Positions 11,654 to 24,245 of a stretch of DNA of 64,000 nucleotides are shown one piece after another. Below the pieces are notes generated by a model. That model did no database searches. It was given only the letters and a program-made list of their open reading frames with translations, and had not been told where the DNA came from. This DNA comes from Octopus vulgaris (lineage: Eukaryota). Both the position numbers and the translations under genes were made by a program. Every line of letters starts with the position of its first letter. The first letter of the stretch is position 1. The stretch covers positions 100,502,001 through 100,566,000 of the forward strand of contig OX597822.1 in NCBI GenBank assembly GCA_951406725.2. The letters are read 5' to 3'.

Positions 11654-12175
11654 GAGCGCATGCCATCAAAGTGACACTAGGGTACAAATATACGAAGCCT
11701 AATATACCCATCATGACTACCCGTCTGATAAGGGTACACTAAGCACATGCATCACAACCATATGTACGCGACATTGTGATTTCATATCAAGATAAACAGT
11801 ACATGACCTTGCAGTTGGGGCCCAGTTAGAATTTTCTTCAAATCGAGTAGCTCATCCCGCCCAAAAGGTCCCTGAATAAGGGTTGTTTAAGGATATTGAA
11901 CGAAACACCCATGTTTCTAGAGGTAAATTATTCAAACCCCAAAGAAATCCTCTCAACACATGGCTATGATACTCCCCCACTACTTCTACTCGTGATCACA
12001 GATGCACGTATTGTCAGCCCCTAAGGAACATGCTCAACTGGTTAAGGTCAAACGACTGACAAGCAAATCTGTGATACTGAGCAGAATATCTGTTGTAGTC
12101 CATCTTTTATACCAAGACAAAATACATGCATAATAAACACTTCTAATTAGTTAATCTCAGAAGCTATGAGAGCCA
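11654..12175 (-). mobile_element. Second copy of the 556-bp non-coding repeat
   Basis: Colinear reverse complement of ~2314-2845; short TAA and CAA repeats at the flanks. Confidence 0.85.
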
Positions 12176-12525
12176 ATCATTATTATTAGCATTGGTCTGT
12201 ATGTGTAAATTTGTGTAAGTGTGAGAAACGAATATATGGATTATTTAGAATAGGAATGTATTTTGTCCCTGATTTCTATACCAGCTATCACGACTGTGTT
12301 TGTATGCTATATGTGCGTGTATGCTATATGTGAGTGTATGTGTGTGTGTATGTTGTATGTGTGTGTGTGTGTGTGCGTGCGAGCGTGTGTGTGTGTGAAA
12401 ATCTTTATACGATCAATGGCCTTAATTTTCTAGTTCTCGAATCAAAGATGCGTGAATAATAAAGTAATGAAGCGTACATAATACTTATTCACAATGTCAT
12501 CTTCACCATCATCACCATTGTCGTC

Positions 12526-12551
12526 GTTAATATTATTATTATTATTATTAA

Positions 12552-12618
<67 letters not shown>

Positions 12619-12665
12619 GTTATTATTATCATTATTATTATTATTATTATTATTATTTTTATTAC

Positions 12666-12741
<76 letters not shown>

Positions 12742-12829
12742 TATTACTATTATTATTTATTATTATTATTATCATTATTATTATTATCATTATTATTGTT
12801 ATTATTATTATTATTTATTATTATTATTA

Positions 12830-12860
<31 letters not shown>

Positions 12861-12888
12861 CATTATTATTATTATTATTATTATTATC
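12526..12888. repeat. (TAT)n microsatellite
   Basis: Direct inspection. Confidence 0.97.
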
Positions 12889-12911
12889 AGTTGGTCCTTA
12901 CGTTCTTCCTA

Positions 12912-12962
<51 letters not shown>

Positions 12963-13076
12963 GGCTTCATACATCTAGATCTCTATATATTTCAGAAGAG
13001 TAATATACGGACCAGGATCTTTTTTAAAAACATTATCTAATATTGCAGTCACCATGTTTTGGTTCTAATAGTGCGT

Positions 13077-13146
<70 letters not shown>

Positions 13147-13718
13147 CAGCAGCAGCAGCAGCAGTATTTGTTGTTGTTGTATGGTAAACACATTAAAACA
13201 TGCTCGGCTGCACATGACATTGGGCTTGCTAATAACACACTTTCCATACTCACGTTACGTTCGACCTAAAATCGGATTAAAACAATACGATTCATGCGAA
13301 TTAGGATTAACACTGTGAAAATTTCAATTGACTGGGAGGTGCTAAAAAACGCCACACATTTTACACACATTGCCGGCTCACCCAATTGGAGCCGAGTAGT
13401 TTGGTTGTATTTACTTTTTACTTACGGTGAGCTGTCTTCATAAACAAAATCTGTAGAACACACAGTTCATTGCTAAACCTGTCATCGAGACGGAACGTAC
13501 AACTTATTAACATATCTAGCCATTGAAGTTTTAAACACGTACCCGATTTTTTTTCAGTTTTCCAACTTTCGCTTTGTAGCATCTTTTATTGGCTTAGCAG
13601 AAGGATACTTTTACCTGCGAATTGGAAGTATACACACTGCTTTGCTTGTTATTTCGTGAAAACTGATTGTATTCCAACACATATTTCGGGTTATCTGTTT
13701 AACAGTTGTAAGCTGAAC

Positions 13719-14636
13719 ATGGATATCTCCCTATATAACAGCACTATAGGAATGTCCGATTACGAAGCCGCCAAATTCCACGAGCTAGTCCTCGGGAAGC
13801 ATTCGATTCTTCTCCAAGAACCAACAGTTAACAAATCAGTGAAGGCTGATCCGGAATCTAACTGGATTCTTAAAAAGCGAAGCATCGATGAAAAATTGGA
13901 GGAAACAAGTTATTTTCTTAATGTTCTGCAAAAGCAAATAACGCTTAATGAAATCGAAGATGGTTTGAAAGCGGCAAGAGCTGCAAATGATATTAATGAG
14001 GCTAAATGCATCGAAGAATCCGAAACGAATGAAGCTCTCAAAGTTTTGGATGACCTCGATCAAGAACTGATGAAAGACTGCGAATGGAGAGATGACATTA
14101 AGAAAGAATGGAGAAATTTGCAGAACAATCGTTGTTCCGATGAAAAGGTTTTCAACTTAAATAATCTGAATGAAATGAACGAAGAACTGAAACTGAACAA
14201 CTCGAAGAATATTTTGGATAAAATTCCGAAAGAAAAAATTGTGAATACTACCAATTTATTGGAACAAGACGTTATTCCGGTCGATAACGACATCGATATA
14301 AAAGACACTGTGTTTGTTATTAATCATTATGAACAATTGCAGAATTGGCTTCTTCAGGTGAAGCAGAGTTACATAAACATCGAAGAGAAATGTGAACCGA
14401 ACTACGTCGCTCTCTTAACTACGGCTAAGAGACTGACTCAAAAGATTAAAGAAGGACGCGTATTAGCTTGGTTGATTGCTCGCTCTGAGAACACGCCCAG
14501 TAGATATAGAATCTCTTTGGGAAGTTGGTTCCTTGCAAACCTTCCCATTGTTCAAGGCAAGGATAAAATCAAAGAGCGATTAAAAGAACACAAAAGGATC
14601 GTTCTGATGAAGAAAAAATCCCTGAGAGACGAAGAG
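13719..14636 (+). CDS. Large coding exon (306 codons) of a host gene; alpha-helical/coiled-coil, weakly spectrin-repeat-like protein
   Basis: Only long high-complexity ORF in the window (13656-14645). ATG at 13719; possible acceptor ttatctgtttaacag ending 13705; strong phase-0 donor GAG|GTAAGA at 14636/14637. Motifs EWRNLQ, YEQLQNWLLQV and LGSWF...IKERLKEHK resemble spectrin-repeat helices. Family not identified. Confidence 0.8.
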
Positions 14637-16129
14637 GTAAGATAGTCAAGTTTTTTATTAATATCGTATGTTTAAATTACAAGTAGAAAATCGCCTGACC
14701 CTTTCCCTCGTCCTTTTTGTTCCAGCTAGTAGAGCATCGACTAATAACGCTTGCGTCCTGGTTCTCAACACTGGGATAGCTAAATGTACAAAGTTTATTT
14801 TTCGATAGCATAAACCGAAAAAAAAAAAATCCAAATTACAAATCAAACAGTTCTGCTTCTCCCCCTCCATCACCAACACTTTTTTCCCCGTTTTTTGTAT
14901 TTTTCTTCTCCGCAAAACGTTCAGATTCTTTCTGTCCTGAGTATACGCAACAGTTTGAGATAATTGATGCTGGGGTGATGGTGGAGGTGGTGGTAGTTGT
15001 TATTATTGTTATTTTTGTTGTGCTAGTTGGTGTTGTTCCTTTTGATAAAATGGTGAAGATGATTATGATGGTGATGATGATGATAATGATGATGATCATC
15101 ATCATCATTACCAACTTCTTATTTTTGTATATTATACTGAGCCCATCATATTGGTTTCAATTGTTGGCATAAGGCCAGGAATTTCGGGGGAGAGGGTAAG
15201 TCAAAATATTCAGCGACATTCCGTCCGTCCTTGCGTTCTGAGTTCAAATTCTGCTGAGGTCGACTTTGCCTTTCATCCTCCTGGAGGGTAGATAAGGCAA
15301 ATACCAGTTGCGCATTGTGGTCGTTGAAATGGACTAATTCCCTTCCAACAAATTTCAGACCTTATGCCTATAGTAGAAAGGATACATAAATGCATCTACA
15401 CACACACACACACACACACACGTAAAAACATTTACATACGTGCGTGCAAGCATTTGCATTTGTATATTTACATATGTACGTGCAAATGAGGAAGTCTGTA
15501 TGCAGCCGCCTTGATCTGAAAGAATCTAAAGCAGCCAAAGGCGGCGAGCTGGCAGAATCTTTAGCACGCCGGGCGAAATGCTTAGCAATTCCATTTCCTG
15601 TAACCCCTCATAAAAAGCACTCATCACCACCGAAAGAAAGAACACATAATGCTGGCTAGCAAACTACCCATAAGCTGGAACCATAAGCCTTTGTAGTTTA
15701 CATTTCCAGAACCTAAATCTTCTTGAATGGAATATAACAAGTACCACATGTGGTCAGCTGCAAGAAGAAAACATCAATGATGTACAAGCATCACGTTATC
15801 TCCATCACGTGCTGGGCCAGTCTTGAATGGACTTCCTATCTTTCTACGTTAAACTCTAACCACAAAACACCGCACTAACTACAACATCGCAAAAAAACAA
15901 AAAAACAAAAAAAAACTTGTCCATTCAATCCAAGCAATAAAAAAATCATGTAAATAGAAATAACTGCAATATCAACTGCCTTACTGACTTTGAACACACG
16001 ACTAGTATACACAACACCAACATGAAGTGCTGAGGAACTGCAACTGGTGTTATTCGACCGAATTTAGATGTAGAATGTTCGTAGTAGTACGTAGCTCTGT
16101 TTGATTCCTATTGTAGCACCAAACCGTGA

Positions 16130-16830
16130 AAATTTATTGTCCAACTGTATAATTTAAGGACTTAAAGCTCCCGAGGAGGGATTCACTCCACATCCGCTAA
16201 ATGCCTGTCATACGTGTTACATGTTTACATTGTGAAATGTCTTTGTGAAGTTAAGGAAGATCACATACAGTTCTTTGATCTGTTCGATGGATTTCTCTAG
16301 GATCTAACGGAGGCAGATTACTATATCCATGGTATTTCCCCCATCCCTTCTGAATTTACGTTGAGTTTCAAACAGAACTACTGCAATTTTCTGACTCAGT
16401 CTATTGAGCAACACTCATACAAGGATCTTCTTTCTTGTCTATAGCAAACAGATAAATACCTCAATAATTTCCACAGACATTCTTACCAATGATAATAGAA
16501 TGCTTCCGATTCTGTGGGACATCACCAGATTCCTATGATTCTAGCATCGACCAACAGAGACATCTAATGAATTTGACTTTTTCCCTTTCCCCTCACTTCT
16601 GCGATTGAAACCGGTATCAGTTTGCAATTGAAACCGGTATCAGTTTGCAATTCGGTGTCATCGTTTTCCCAACACTTCTCCTTGTGTTGCAGTTACAGTC
16701 TTCACTAAACTTTCCTGAATTTAGCTGTCTTTGAATAAGTGGTGGAAGCCTGGACAACATTTTACTGTCGAGCATCTAACATTACAGTTCCTGGTTTTTG
16801 CTGTTTTGTCCCAAGATTCCAGAACCTCAT
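16130..16830 (-). pseudogene. Highly degenerate RTE-clade reverse transcriptase fragment
   Basis: Across frameshifts: GDVPQNRKHSIII..CGNY*GIYL / KILV*VLLNRL..VLFETQRKFR / TMDIVICLR*ILEKSIEQIKELYVIFLNFTKTFHNVN, corresponding to the NYRGISLL..QxGFR..DLTKAFD series. Confidence 0.8.
16604..16652. repeat. Exact 23-bp tandem duplication
   Basis: attgaaaccggtatcagtttgca x2. Confidence 0.95.
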
Positions 16831-17100
16831 TCATATCTAACTCCAGAGTGCCCTTAAAATTCCTATCAACAAATTGCCTGCCGCTAGCGAAATCCTAACC
16901 GAATCAACACCTGTATTTTTAACACTACAGCAGAAAAGAAGTGAATAAATGACTGCTTTTAATATTTAATGAACCCGTTTCATTGCAAACGCTTTATAAG
17001 TGTAGTTATCATCATTATGGTGGAGTGATAATTATTTGTCATCCAAAACCTTATAATCTGCCTATCTGTCTCTCTCTCTCTTTCTCTCTCTATCTCTCTT

Positions 17101-17169
<69 letters not shown>

Positions 17170-17734
17170 CATACATACATCGACACATCGTTTTTCGTTT
17201 CTTTTTTCGTTGTTGTACCTGCTTTACTCCATCGAATCTGATCAAAGTTGGCTCCTGTTCAAGTGATTCGTTACATGATTGTATTTCGATATGTTGTATT
17301 CTATTCTAATTTGCAAGATACTGTTACTATTTTCACTTTTGCGATTACGTATAACCTTTAACAATAACTTACAAACCTGTGCCAAAAACCTTCCCAGCTC
17401 ACTGTGCTAATTTCTGTTGCACTTTTTTTTCTATTATTCAAATTTATATAAAGTACTTCTAAAATCTGATTGTGCTCTGAATATTCTTTATCAAGTCGGC
17501 TCTCCCTTAGATAATATAGAAAATAACTATACTTATAAAACGTTTGCAATGAAACGTGTTCATTAAACACTAAAACCAGTTGTTTATTAACCTCTTTTCT
17601 GTTGTGCTGTTTTGTAATGTTAAAATACATTTCGTTTTTGGATTTGGTTTGCAAGATTCTTTATATGAGTTCGTGTGTTGAAGCATATTCTGTTGTGTCT
17701 GGGGAGAGTCATTTTCTTTTTGTGCCTTATTATG

Positions 17735-17891
17735 TAACACATTCGCCGGTAAAATTTCCACTTTTTTCTTATTTTTATTGACCTAAAATTTTCGTTGCGG
17801 CTTGCAACCTTTTCAATAGTTTTGATGCAACGAAAATTTTAGGACAATAAAAATAAGAAAAAAAGTGGAAATTTTACCGGTGAGTGTGTTA
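17735..17891. repeat. Long inverted repeat (~64-bp arms, ~28-bp spacer), probably an inverted Penelope-like pLTR junction
   Basis: 17735-17798 is the near-perfect reverse complement of 17827-17891. Confidence 0.85.
17782..17820 (-). ncRNA. Hammerhead-like motif, U3-A8 core variant
   Basis: CUA UUGAAAA G GUUGC AAGCC GCAAC GAA AAUU U UAG; 5-bp stem II, palindromic stem III, only 3 bp of stem I. Confidence 0.4.
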
Positions 17892-18259
17892 AAATACAGT
17901 TGTTGATTTCGGTTACGATTACTGATTGTAGGCATTAAGAAATATTTCCGTTCGTCATAATCTGATGCGTTGTGTCTTTGTAAAAACTAAATGTTTAACT
18001 ATAAACTCATGGTTATGTTTGAAACATGTCAAACTGATAGGAGATGGTTTCAATTATGAATTCGCTTAACAAAGTGTAATTAAATCATTTTTTATATACC
18101 GCTATTCTTATTTACGAACTGTAAACCATTTCATGGAGTTAACTGAAGCGTAGAAATGAAACTTGTACAATTCTATTCAGACACTAATTCTAATTAACTA
18201 AACAACCGTGTTGATACAGTTTTGAGATTTGTCATAGAGAATAATTCAACTGATAAATG

Positions 18260-18294
18260 ATAGATGGGCCAAAAGTCACGCACCGAAACATTTA

Positions 18295-18372
<78 letters not shown>

Positions 18373-18527
18373 GAGTATTATTCATTTTGTTCATGTACAA
18401 GTGCGCGTGTATTCATCATTATTTTAATTATTTCATTCAGATTTCCTTCAATTTTACAAAAATTGAAGCTTGTGTTTGGCAATTCCGGAGCGTATCGAAC
18501 TTTGCGCGTGACTTTTGGTCCACCCTG
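18260..18527. mobile_element. Tc1/mariner-type MITE with internal (TTA)n expansion
   Basis: TIRs tgggccaaaagtcacgc / gcgtgacttttggtccaccctg|TA. Confidence 0.7.
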
Positions 18528-19051
18528 TATTTATTTGAACTAAAAAAAATTCCCATACCCGCCTCTGTATTTTAAAATTTATTCGCTACGCAGTTATCTT
18601 TATAATAATATTTTATATTTTGCAAAACAGTTTCCAAATCAAATTAACAATTTTTTCAGGCAAATGTCAAACAGTTTTGCTAAGCATACTAAAATCGCAA
18701 ACTCACACATTATAAAATCTCATTGTAGCTTAAATAAGAATTTAAACACACTTTTTCAGTTTCTGTTGATGTGCAGGGGATAAAAAGGGAAGAAAGTCTT
18801 TTAATGAACCGTTTGCAGGAGGTGTACAAGACTTCCTTCCCCAATCAATATCATAGGTCAGCTGTGCCTATGAAGCAGTCCTAAATTAAGCTAGCACCTT
18901 AATGGCTACCGTAATTTGCATATTTGTGTTTTGACGGTTCGTTGTTGATTAAACAATATCGATTTGTGCACAAGACAGTGTAAACCAGAACAACTTTGGA
19001 TATTCATATATTATAAAACCCCATGTTAAAAAATATCTTGCATTATCTTCG

Positions 19052-19091
<40 letters not shown>

Positions 19092-19239
19092 CATACATTG
19101 GCCTGCTAGCTTAGCCAGCGGGGTGGCGTCATTTGAAGGCTAAAACAATGCGAAGCGCATTGTGATCAGCGATGTGTAACAACATCTGATAGCCTGGTCG
19201 GTCACGTGATCACGTGATATACATACATACATACATATA

Positions 19240-19600
19240 TTTGTCTTCTACTATAGCCTCGAGCCGACCAAAGCCTTGTGAGTGGATTTGGTAGATGGAA
19301 ACTGAAAGAAGCCCGTCATATATATGTATATATATATGTACATATATATATATATGTGTGTATGCGTGTGTGTATATGTTTATGTCTGTGTTTGCCCCCC
19401 CCCCTCCCCCAACATCGCTTGACAACCGATGGTGGTGTGTTTACATTCTCATAACTTAGCGATTCGGCAAAAAGAGACCGATAGAATATAAGTACTGGGC
19501 TTACAAAGAATAAGTCCTGCGGTCGATTTGCTCGACGAAAGGCGGTGCTCCAGCATGGCCGCAGTCAAATGACTGAAACAAGTAAAAGAGTAAAGAGAGT
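19240..19600 (+). mobile_element. SINE family B, 5'-truncated
   Basis: Body and tail ggcggtgctccagcatggccgcagtcaaatgactgaaacaagtaaaagag. Confidence 0.88.
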
Positions 19601-19974
19601 AATAGAGTTTGCTTTTCGCATACTTACACAAGTTAGGGTGTGAAAAATAAAAATAGGAATTTTGAAAGAAGCATCTATAAAACTAGTTTGTAAACATTAA
19701 ATAGCTTTGTGGGATCCACCAGATTAGCAGAGTCATTGAAGGAGTTCATAGGTAAAAAAAAAAGAAAAATGGTCGAAAGGCACTGTCTTATAATTTCTGC
19801 TTTGCATCATCACCATGTAAGATATATTTACTGAAAGTATAAAAATTTTAAAAAAAAAACGGTGGTTATCTCCCTTAGAGTCTAGTTCGCCGCAAAGACT
19901 AAAGGTGATTGCGTGAAATTGCTTATGAAATAGTCTCAACGTGATCACTCATCTTTCGAAATATAGCAGCGAAA

Positions 19975-20381
19975 GGATCTTTTCGGTTTGAACGGCTGTT
20001 TTTTAAAATAATTTCCACGTAACTAAACACTTTTAAACTTTTATACTGGTAGAATGTGTTTATAAAACATCTTTTTCTCTTGGCTTTATTGAGAAAATTC
20101 TATAGTTTGTAAGATATTTGTTGTTTTTTTCTTCAATTTCTGCAATTTCAACCAATCAGTGACGTCTATTGAGGTGAAAACATTCTGTGCCGTATGAATA
20201 TGTCCCTCGTTTAAGAAACAGATTGGGTTTATTTACATTTCTGAAGAAAAAAAGATACCTTCCCCCACCCCTAACCCTAAAACAGATTGAAATGCAATAG
20301 ATCGATACTAGGGTCATAATTATGGGTGACAATTTCATATGACACCGCTAAAAAAAACTGCCGTTCAAACCGAAAAGATCC
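19975..20381. mobile_element. Complete non-autonomous DNA transposon (MITE), GG...CC ends, 8-bp TSD (Merlin/MULE-like)
   Basis: ~30-bp TIRs ggatcttttcggtttgaacggc / gccgttcaaaccgaaaagatcc; TSD cagcgaaa at 19967-19974 and 20382-20389; partial copy at 38600-38763. Confidence 0.92.
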
Positions 20382-21394
20382 CAGCGAAATCTAATTGTGA
20401 TACAGACATACATCGTCGTCTTAAAAAGGGTTGGATAATGTAGTTCCGGTTTCCTTACATAGAGGTAAAAGACGGATCGTTCCGGCCAGGTGTGGTTTTG
20501 ATCATAAGTCTCTGCTCATCCAGGGCTGACCTAGGGCTAAAGAACAACAGCGACAATGACAGCATGTACAAAATTAATGTGATGAGCAAATATATCCACA
20601 AAAATTAAAAAAAAATCTGTAAGATATATATCGGCAATTCTATGATTTTATGACAATCATATAAATTTTGAACCTGTTGAAATATTTCTGAGGTAAACAT
20701 AATCAAGTTCGGTACTAAAAAAAGCTTTTCACTTTTCATTCAAACTATCGCGTTAATAAATATTTGATTATTTGAAATTTTATATATAAGCCTTTTGATA
20801 ACATAAAATTTTATTTTATTTCGTAGTTTTCGACACGGCATCCCGAACTGATGGCAAGGGCGGTAAGTACAAATGGCTTTAAATATACTCATAGTTATTC
20901 CCCTTTACAATGTAGGATAAAATTTTTACAGATGACAAGTGTCTTTAGACTTTATCTGAATATTTCTTTAGCTGCTTGTTTTTCAGCCTCGTTTCATGTA
21001 ATGTAATCACTAGTTGAATTTACATTAGTCACCTTTTATTTAAATTTTACATCAGTTTCTTTTTTTTTACGCAATATAAAAAGAAAAAAATATATTAGTA
21101 ACACTATACATATGTTCATTTTTTGTAGTGTCATGGACTAGTCATTACGCCCCAAAACTATATATTCATTTTGTAGAAAAAAAAAGTTATTTTTTCAAGA
21201 GTCTGATTTCCAATTATATTTTTGTTCTTTTTTTTTAAAATTTAATTACTTTTCGTGTCTCATATTTATTACTCTGGTGAATTTATGAATTGAATAACAG
21301 AATCCCACCTCTCATTTTTTTTTTAAGAATTGAGTATGTAGCAGTATATGTATATAATTCACGGTTTCAATCGATTGATTGTGACTATAATCTT

Positions 21395-21602
21395 TTCTGC
21401 TCTAACACTAGGCCTGAAATTTTGAGGGAGGGGGGGGGCAGTCGATTAGATCGACCTCAGTACGCAATTGGTACTTAATTTATCGACTCCGAAAGGATAA
21501 AAAGCAAAGTCGATCACAGCGGAATTTGAACTCAGAAGTAAAGACAGACGAAACACCGCTAAGCATTTCGCCCGGCGTGCTCACGTTTCTGCCAGCTCGC
21601 CG
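21395..21602 (-). mobile_element. SINE family A
   Basis: Reverse-complement head ggcgagctggcagaaacg and central domain. Confidence 0.85.
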
Positions 21603-21665
21603 ACTGTTACACTCACAACCATAAGATCGTGGTTTCGATTTCCAGACCGGGTGATGTATTATATA

Positions 21666-21981
21666 ACGATAAACGTCGCCCCTTTTCTAGCCTACCCAGG
21701 CTCATGGGCCCGGTTTTCCGGTTTCTGTGGCGTATGTGTTCCCCGCAGCTGAACGGGACGCCAGTCCATCGCAGCGTTACTCAAGAAACAGGAAGAGAAG
21801 GTGAAAGAAACTTGTGGCGAAAGAGTACAACAGGGGTCGCCACCACCCCCTGCCGGAGCCTCATGGTTTTTTTTAGGTATTTTTGCTCAATAAACACACA
21901 CAACGCCCGGTCTGGGAATCGAAACCGCGATCCTCCGACCGCGAGTCCGCTCCCCTAACCACTGGGCCATTGCGCCTCCAC
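21666..21981 (-). mobile_element. SINE family C, tail variant 3 (V-domain-like), nested in an older SINE head
   Basis: TSD tgatgta[t/g]tatata at 21652-21665 and 21982-21995; tail ctgcgatggactggcgtcccgt...gaaaccgg. Confidence 0.88.
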
Positions 21982-22711
21982 TGATGTAGTATATAGCCGA
22001 ACAAAACACATTATTTCCCGTTGTTTCAGTTCCAGCAATAGCTGGGTGATTGACTCTGCGACGGACCAGCATCTCGTTCAGAAGGAGATGTTGCAATCCC
22101 AGTTAATTCTATGCCTTTGAAACTGGGATAAACTCCGGCTTCATGACTCCTAGGGCCCACGAAAAGTCTAAATCTATATAATCCGGTTTTACAAAGAATT
22201 TCTCTGAAGCTCTATTTATTCATTTCCACCTTGAATTCTATGACTGTTACTGTTCTTATTTAAATCTTCCAAGATTTGTATTTTTCCATTTATTTCCAAG
22301 TCAGAATCGTACTTAATTCATTTCCTTCATGAAGCATTCATTACTCATTGAATTAATTAAGCGTGCTATACTGAAGAGGAAAATACGACAGAAATAAATA
22401 TATATGTCTCAGAATTACTAATATAAATGGAGCAGAAGAAAAGAACAGCCAAAATGTCACACAATAGGACTGAACCTGAAACCATGTTATTGGCTGGCAA
22501 ACTTCTTATTTCATAGCTACGCCTGCATTTATAAAACTGGGTGTGACGGTATTAGATATTTTGTGTACGTCAATGATTATATAACACACACACACACACA
22601 CACACACACATGATATGAATGTTTTTTTACACATCTCTCGAAAAGTGCAGTCATCTTACAGTAGAAACGTCTCGAATTATATTAAAGAAATGAATATTCA
22701 TGTAACACACT

Positions 22712-23003
22712 CATCATTCATCATTGTTCGACCGTGGTCGAGACAATGGAATTTACTATGTTACACCAGACTTCACGGTCCATCATAGCATTACGAAGGT
22801 CCTGTTGCTGGATGCCTGTATCCCTGGAGATTACATCAGGGTAGGAGAGTGTGCGCCCTCTGGTATCGCGAGCAGATGGCTTCCAGAGGAGAAGAGTAGA
22901 AATTACCTCATTTTCAGCTCTAGAACAATGTCCAGCAAACTGGACTCTTCTACCTTTCACAAGAGATGATACAGGTGGTAGTTTCCCATATATTTGTACT
23001 TAA
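22712..23003 (-). mobile_element. 5'-truncated RTE-clade LINE with TGA-type tail and TSD
   Basis: VQIYGKLPPVSSLVKGRRVQFAGHCSR..LLLWKP..RGR..YPDVISRDTG..AMMDREVW..; TSD gt[a/t]acacact at 22702-22711 and 23004-23013. Confidence 0.92.
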
Positions 23004-23604
23004 GTTACACACTATCTATCGTTGTTAATGCGATTTTTAAAATAATTATTCAAATACAGCTAAAAATGCAATTGTTTTCTCTTTATGGGGTGATTAAATA
23101 GGTGAAAGCTATGGAATTACATTCGATATTTAATTTTCCGTTACGTGTGAAGAATGTTAATGTATGCATAGGATTGATGGGTGACTTGACCCATTCATTC
23201 TTCAGGAATAAAAGGGAATTTAAAATGAGAACTTGAGCCCAGACATATGAGACATAATAGATAATGATGAGATTTTCTGTCATCTGTGTGAATTCCACCA
23301 AGAATTCGGGCACAGGTTGTCGTGCACATGTGTGTGTGAGTGTGTGTGTGCGTGTGTGTATGTATGTATGTATGTATGTATGTATGTATGTATGTATGTA
23401 TGTATGTATGTATGTATGTATGTATGTACGTGAGTTGATGTGCGAAGGAAAATATGCTAATATATTCATACATAAGGCACTGGTCGGCCCAGGGCTATAG
23501 TAGAAGACTCTTGCTTGAGGTGCTGCACAGTGGACTGAACCTGAAACCTTGCAGTTGCGATTCCGCCTTCCTATATTTCTTTCTTCAATAAGGGTGTCTG
23601 ACGG

Positions 23605-23838
23605 ATGAGGCGGCGAGCTGGCAGAAACGTTAGGGCGCCGGGCGAAATGCTTAGCAGTATTTCGTCTGTCGCTACGTTCTGAGTTCAAATTCCGCCTAGG
23701 TCGACTTTGCTTTTCATCCTTTCGGGGTCGATTAAATAAGTACCAGTTTCGCACTGGGGGCGATATAATCGACTTAATCCATCTGTCTGTCCTTGTTTGT
23801 CCTCTCTATGTTTAGCCCCTTGTGGGCAATAAAGAAAT
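23605..23838 (+). mobile_element. Full-length monomer of SINE family A with 17-bp TSD
   Basis: TSD ataagggtgtctgacgg at 23588-23604 and 23839-23855; box A/B-like motifs. Confidence 0.93.
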
Positions 23839-24019
23839 ATAAGGGTGTCTGACGGGTTTAAAAAGTTGGAAACTCTCAGCCTCCACTCCGGACAGGCTTC
23901 CCACTTAAAAGAAATATTATACCGAGCCAAAGAAACTTACTGAAAATATTGTGTTTCTGAGCATGTACTGTCTGAGTGTTTGAGCATATTATGCAATGTA
24001 AAGCCATGCATCTTATAAT

Positions 24020-24245
24020 TTTGAGTCGCCGAGGAACCTCTACGTGGTTGCTAATCCTGCTAGAAATCGTAGCTGTATCTCCCTGAAATTACATCCTATC
24101 GTCTTTAATGAAGGAGATATTGGATTATGTAATTCACTGAATAAGATACAGTATACCAAGGAAAAAAAGGGGGAATTGGTTACAAATCGAATGCCTTTGA
24201 TTATAGGTATGTTAAATATGGGTTGACAAGAGGTTAAGCAACAAC
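24020..24245 (+). repeat. Old unclassified interspersed repeat (related copies near 8660-8830, 20390-20550, 52220-52400, 58890-59270)
   Basis: Recurrent degenerate motifs ctgctagaaat.gc...tctccct / gcctttgatcataggt...ggttgac..gggttaa.caac. Confidence 0.5.
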
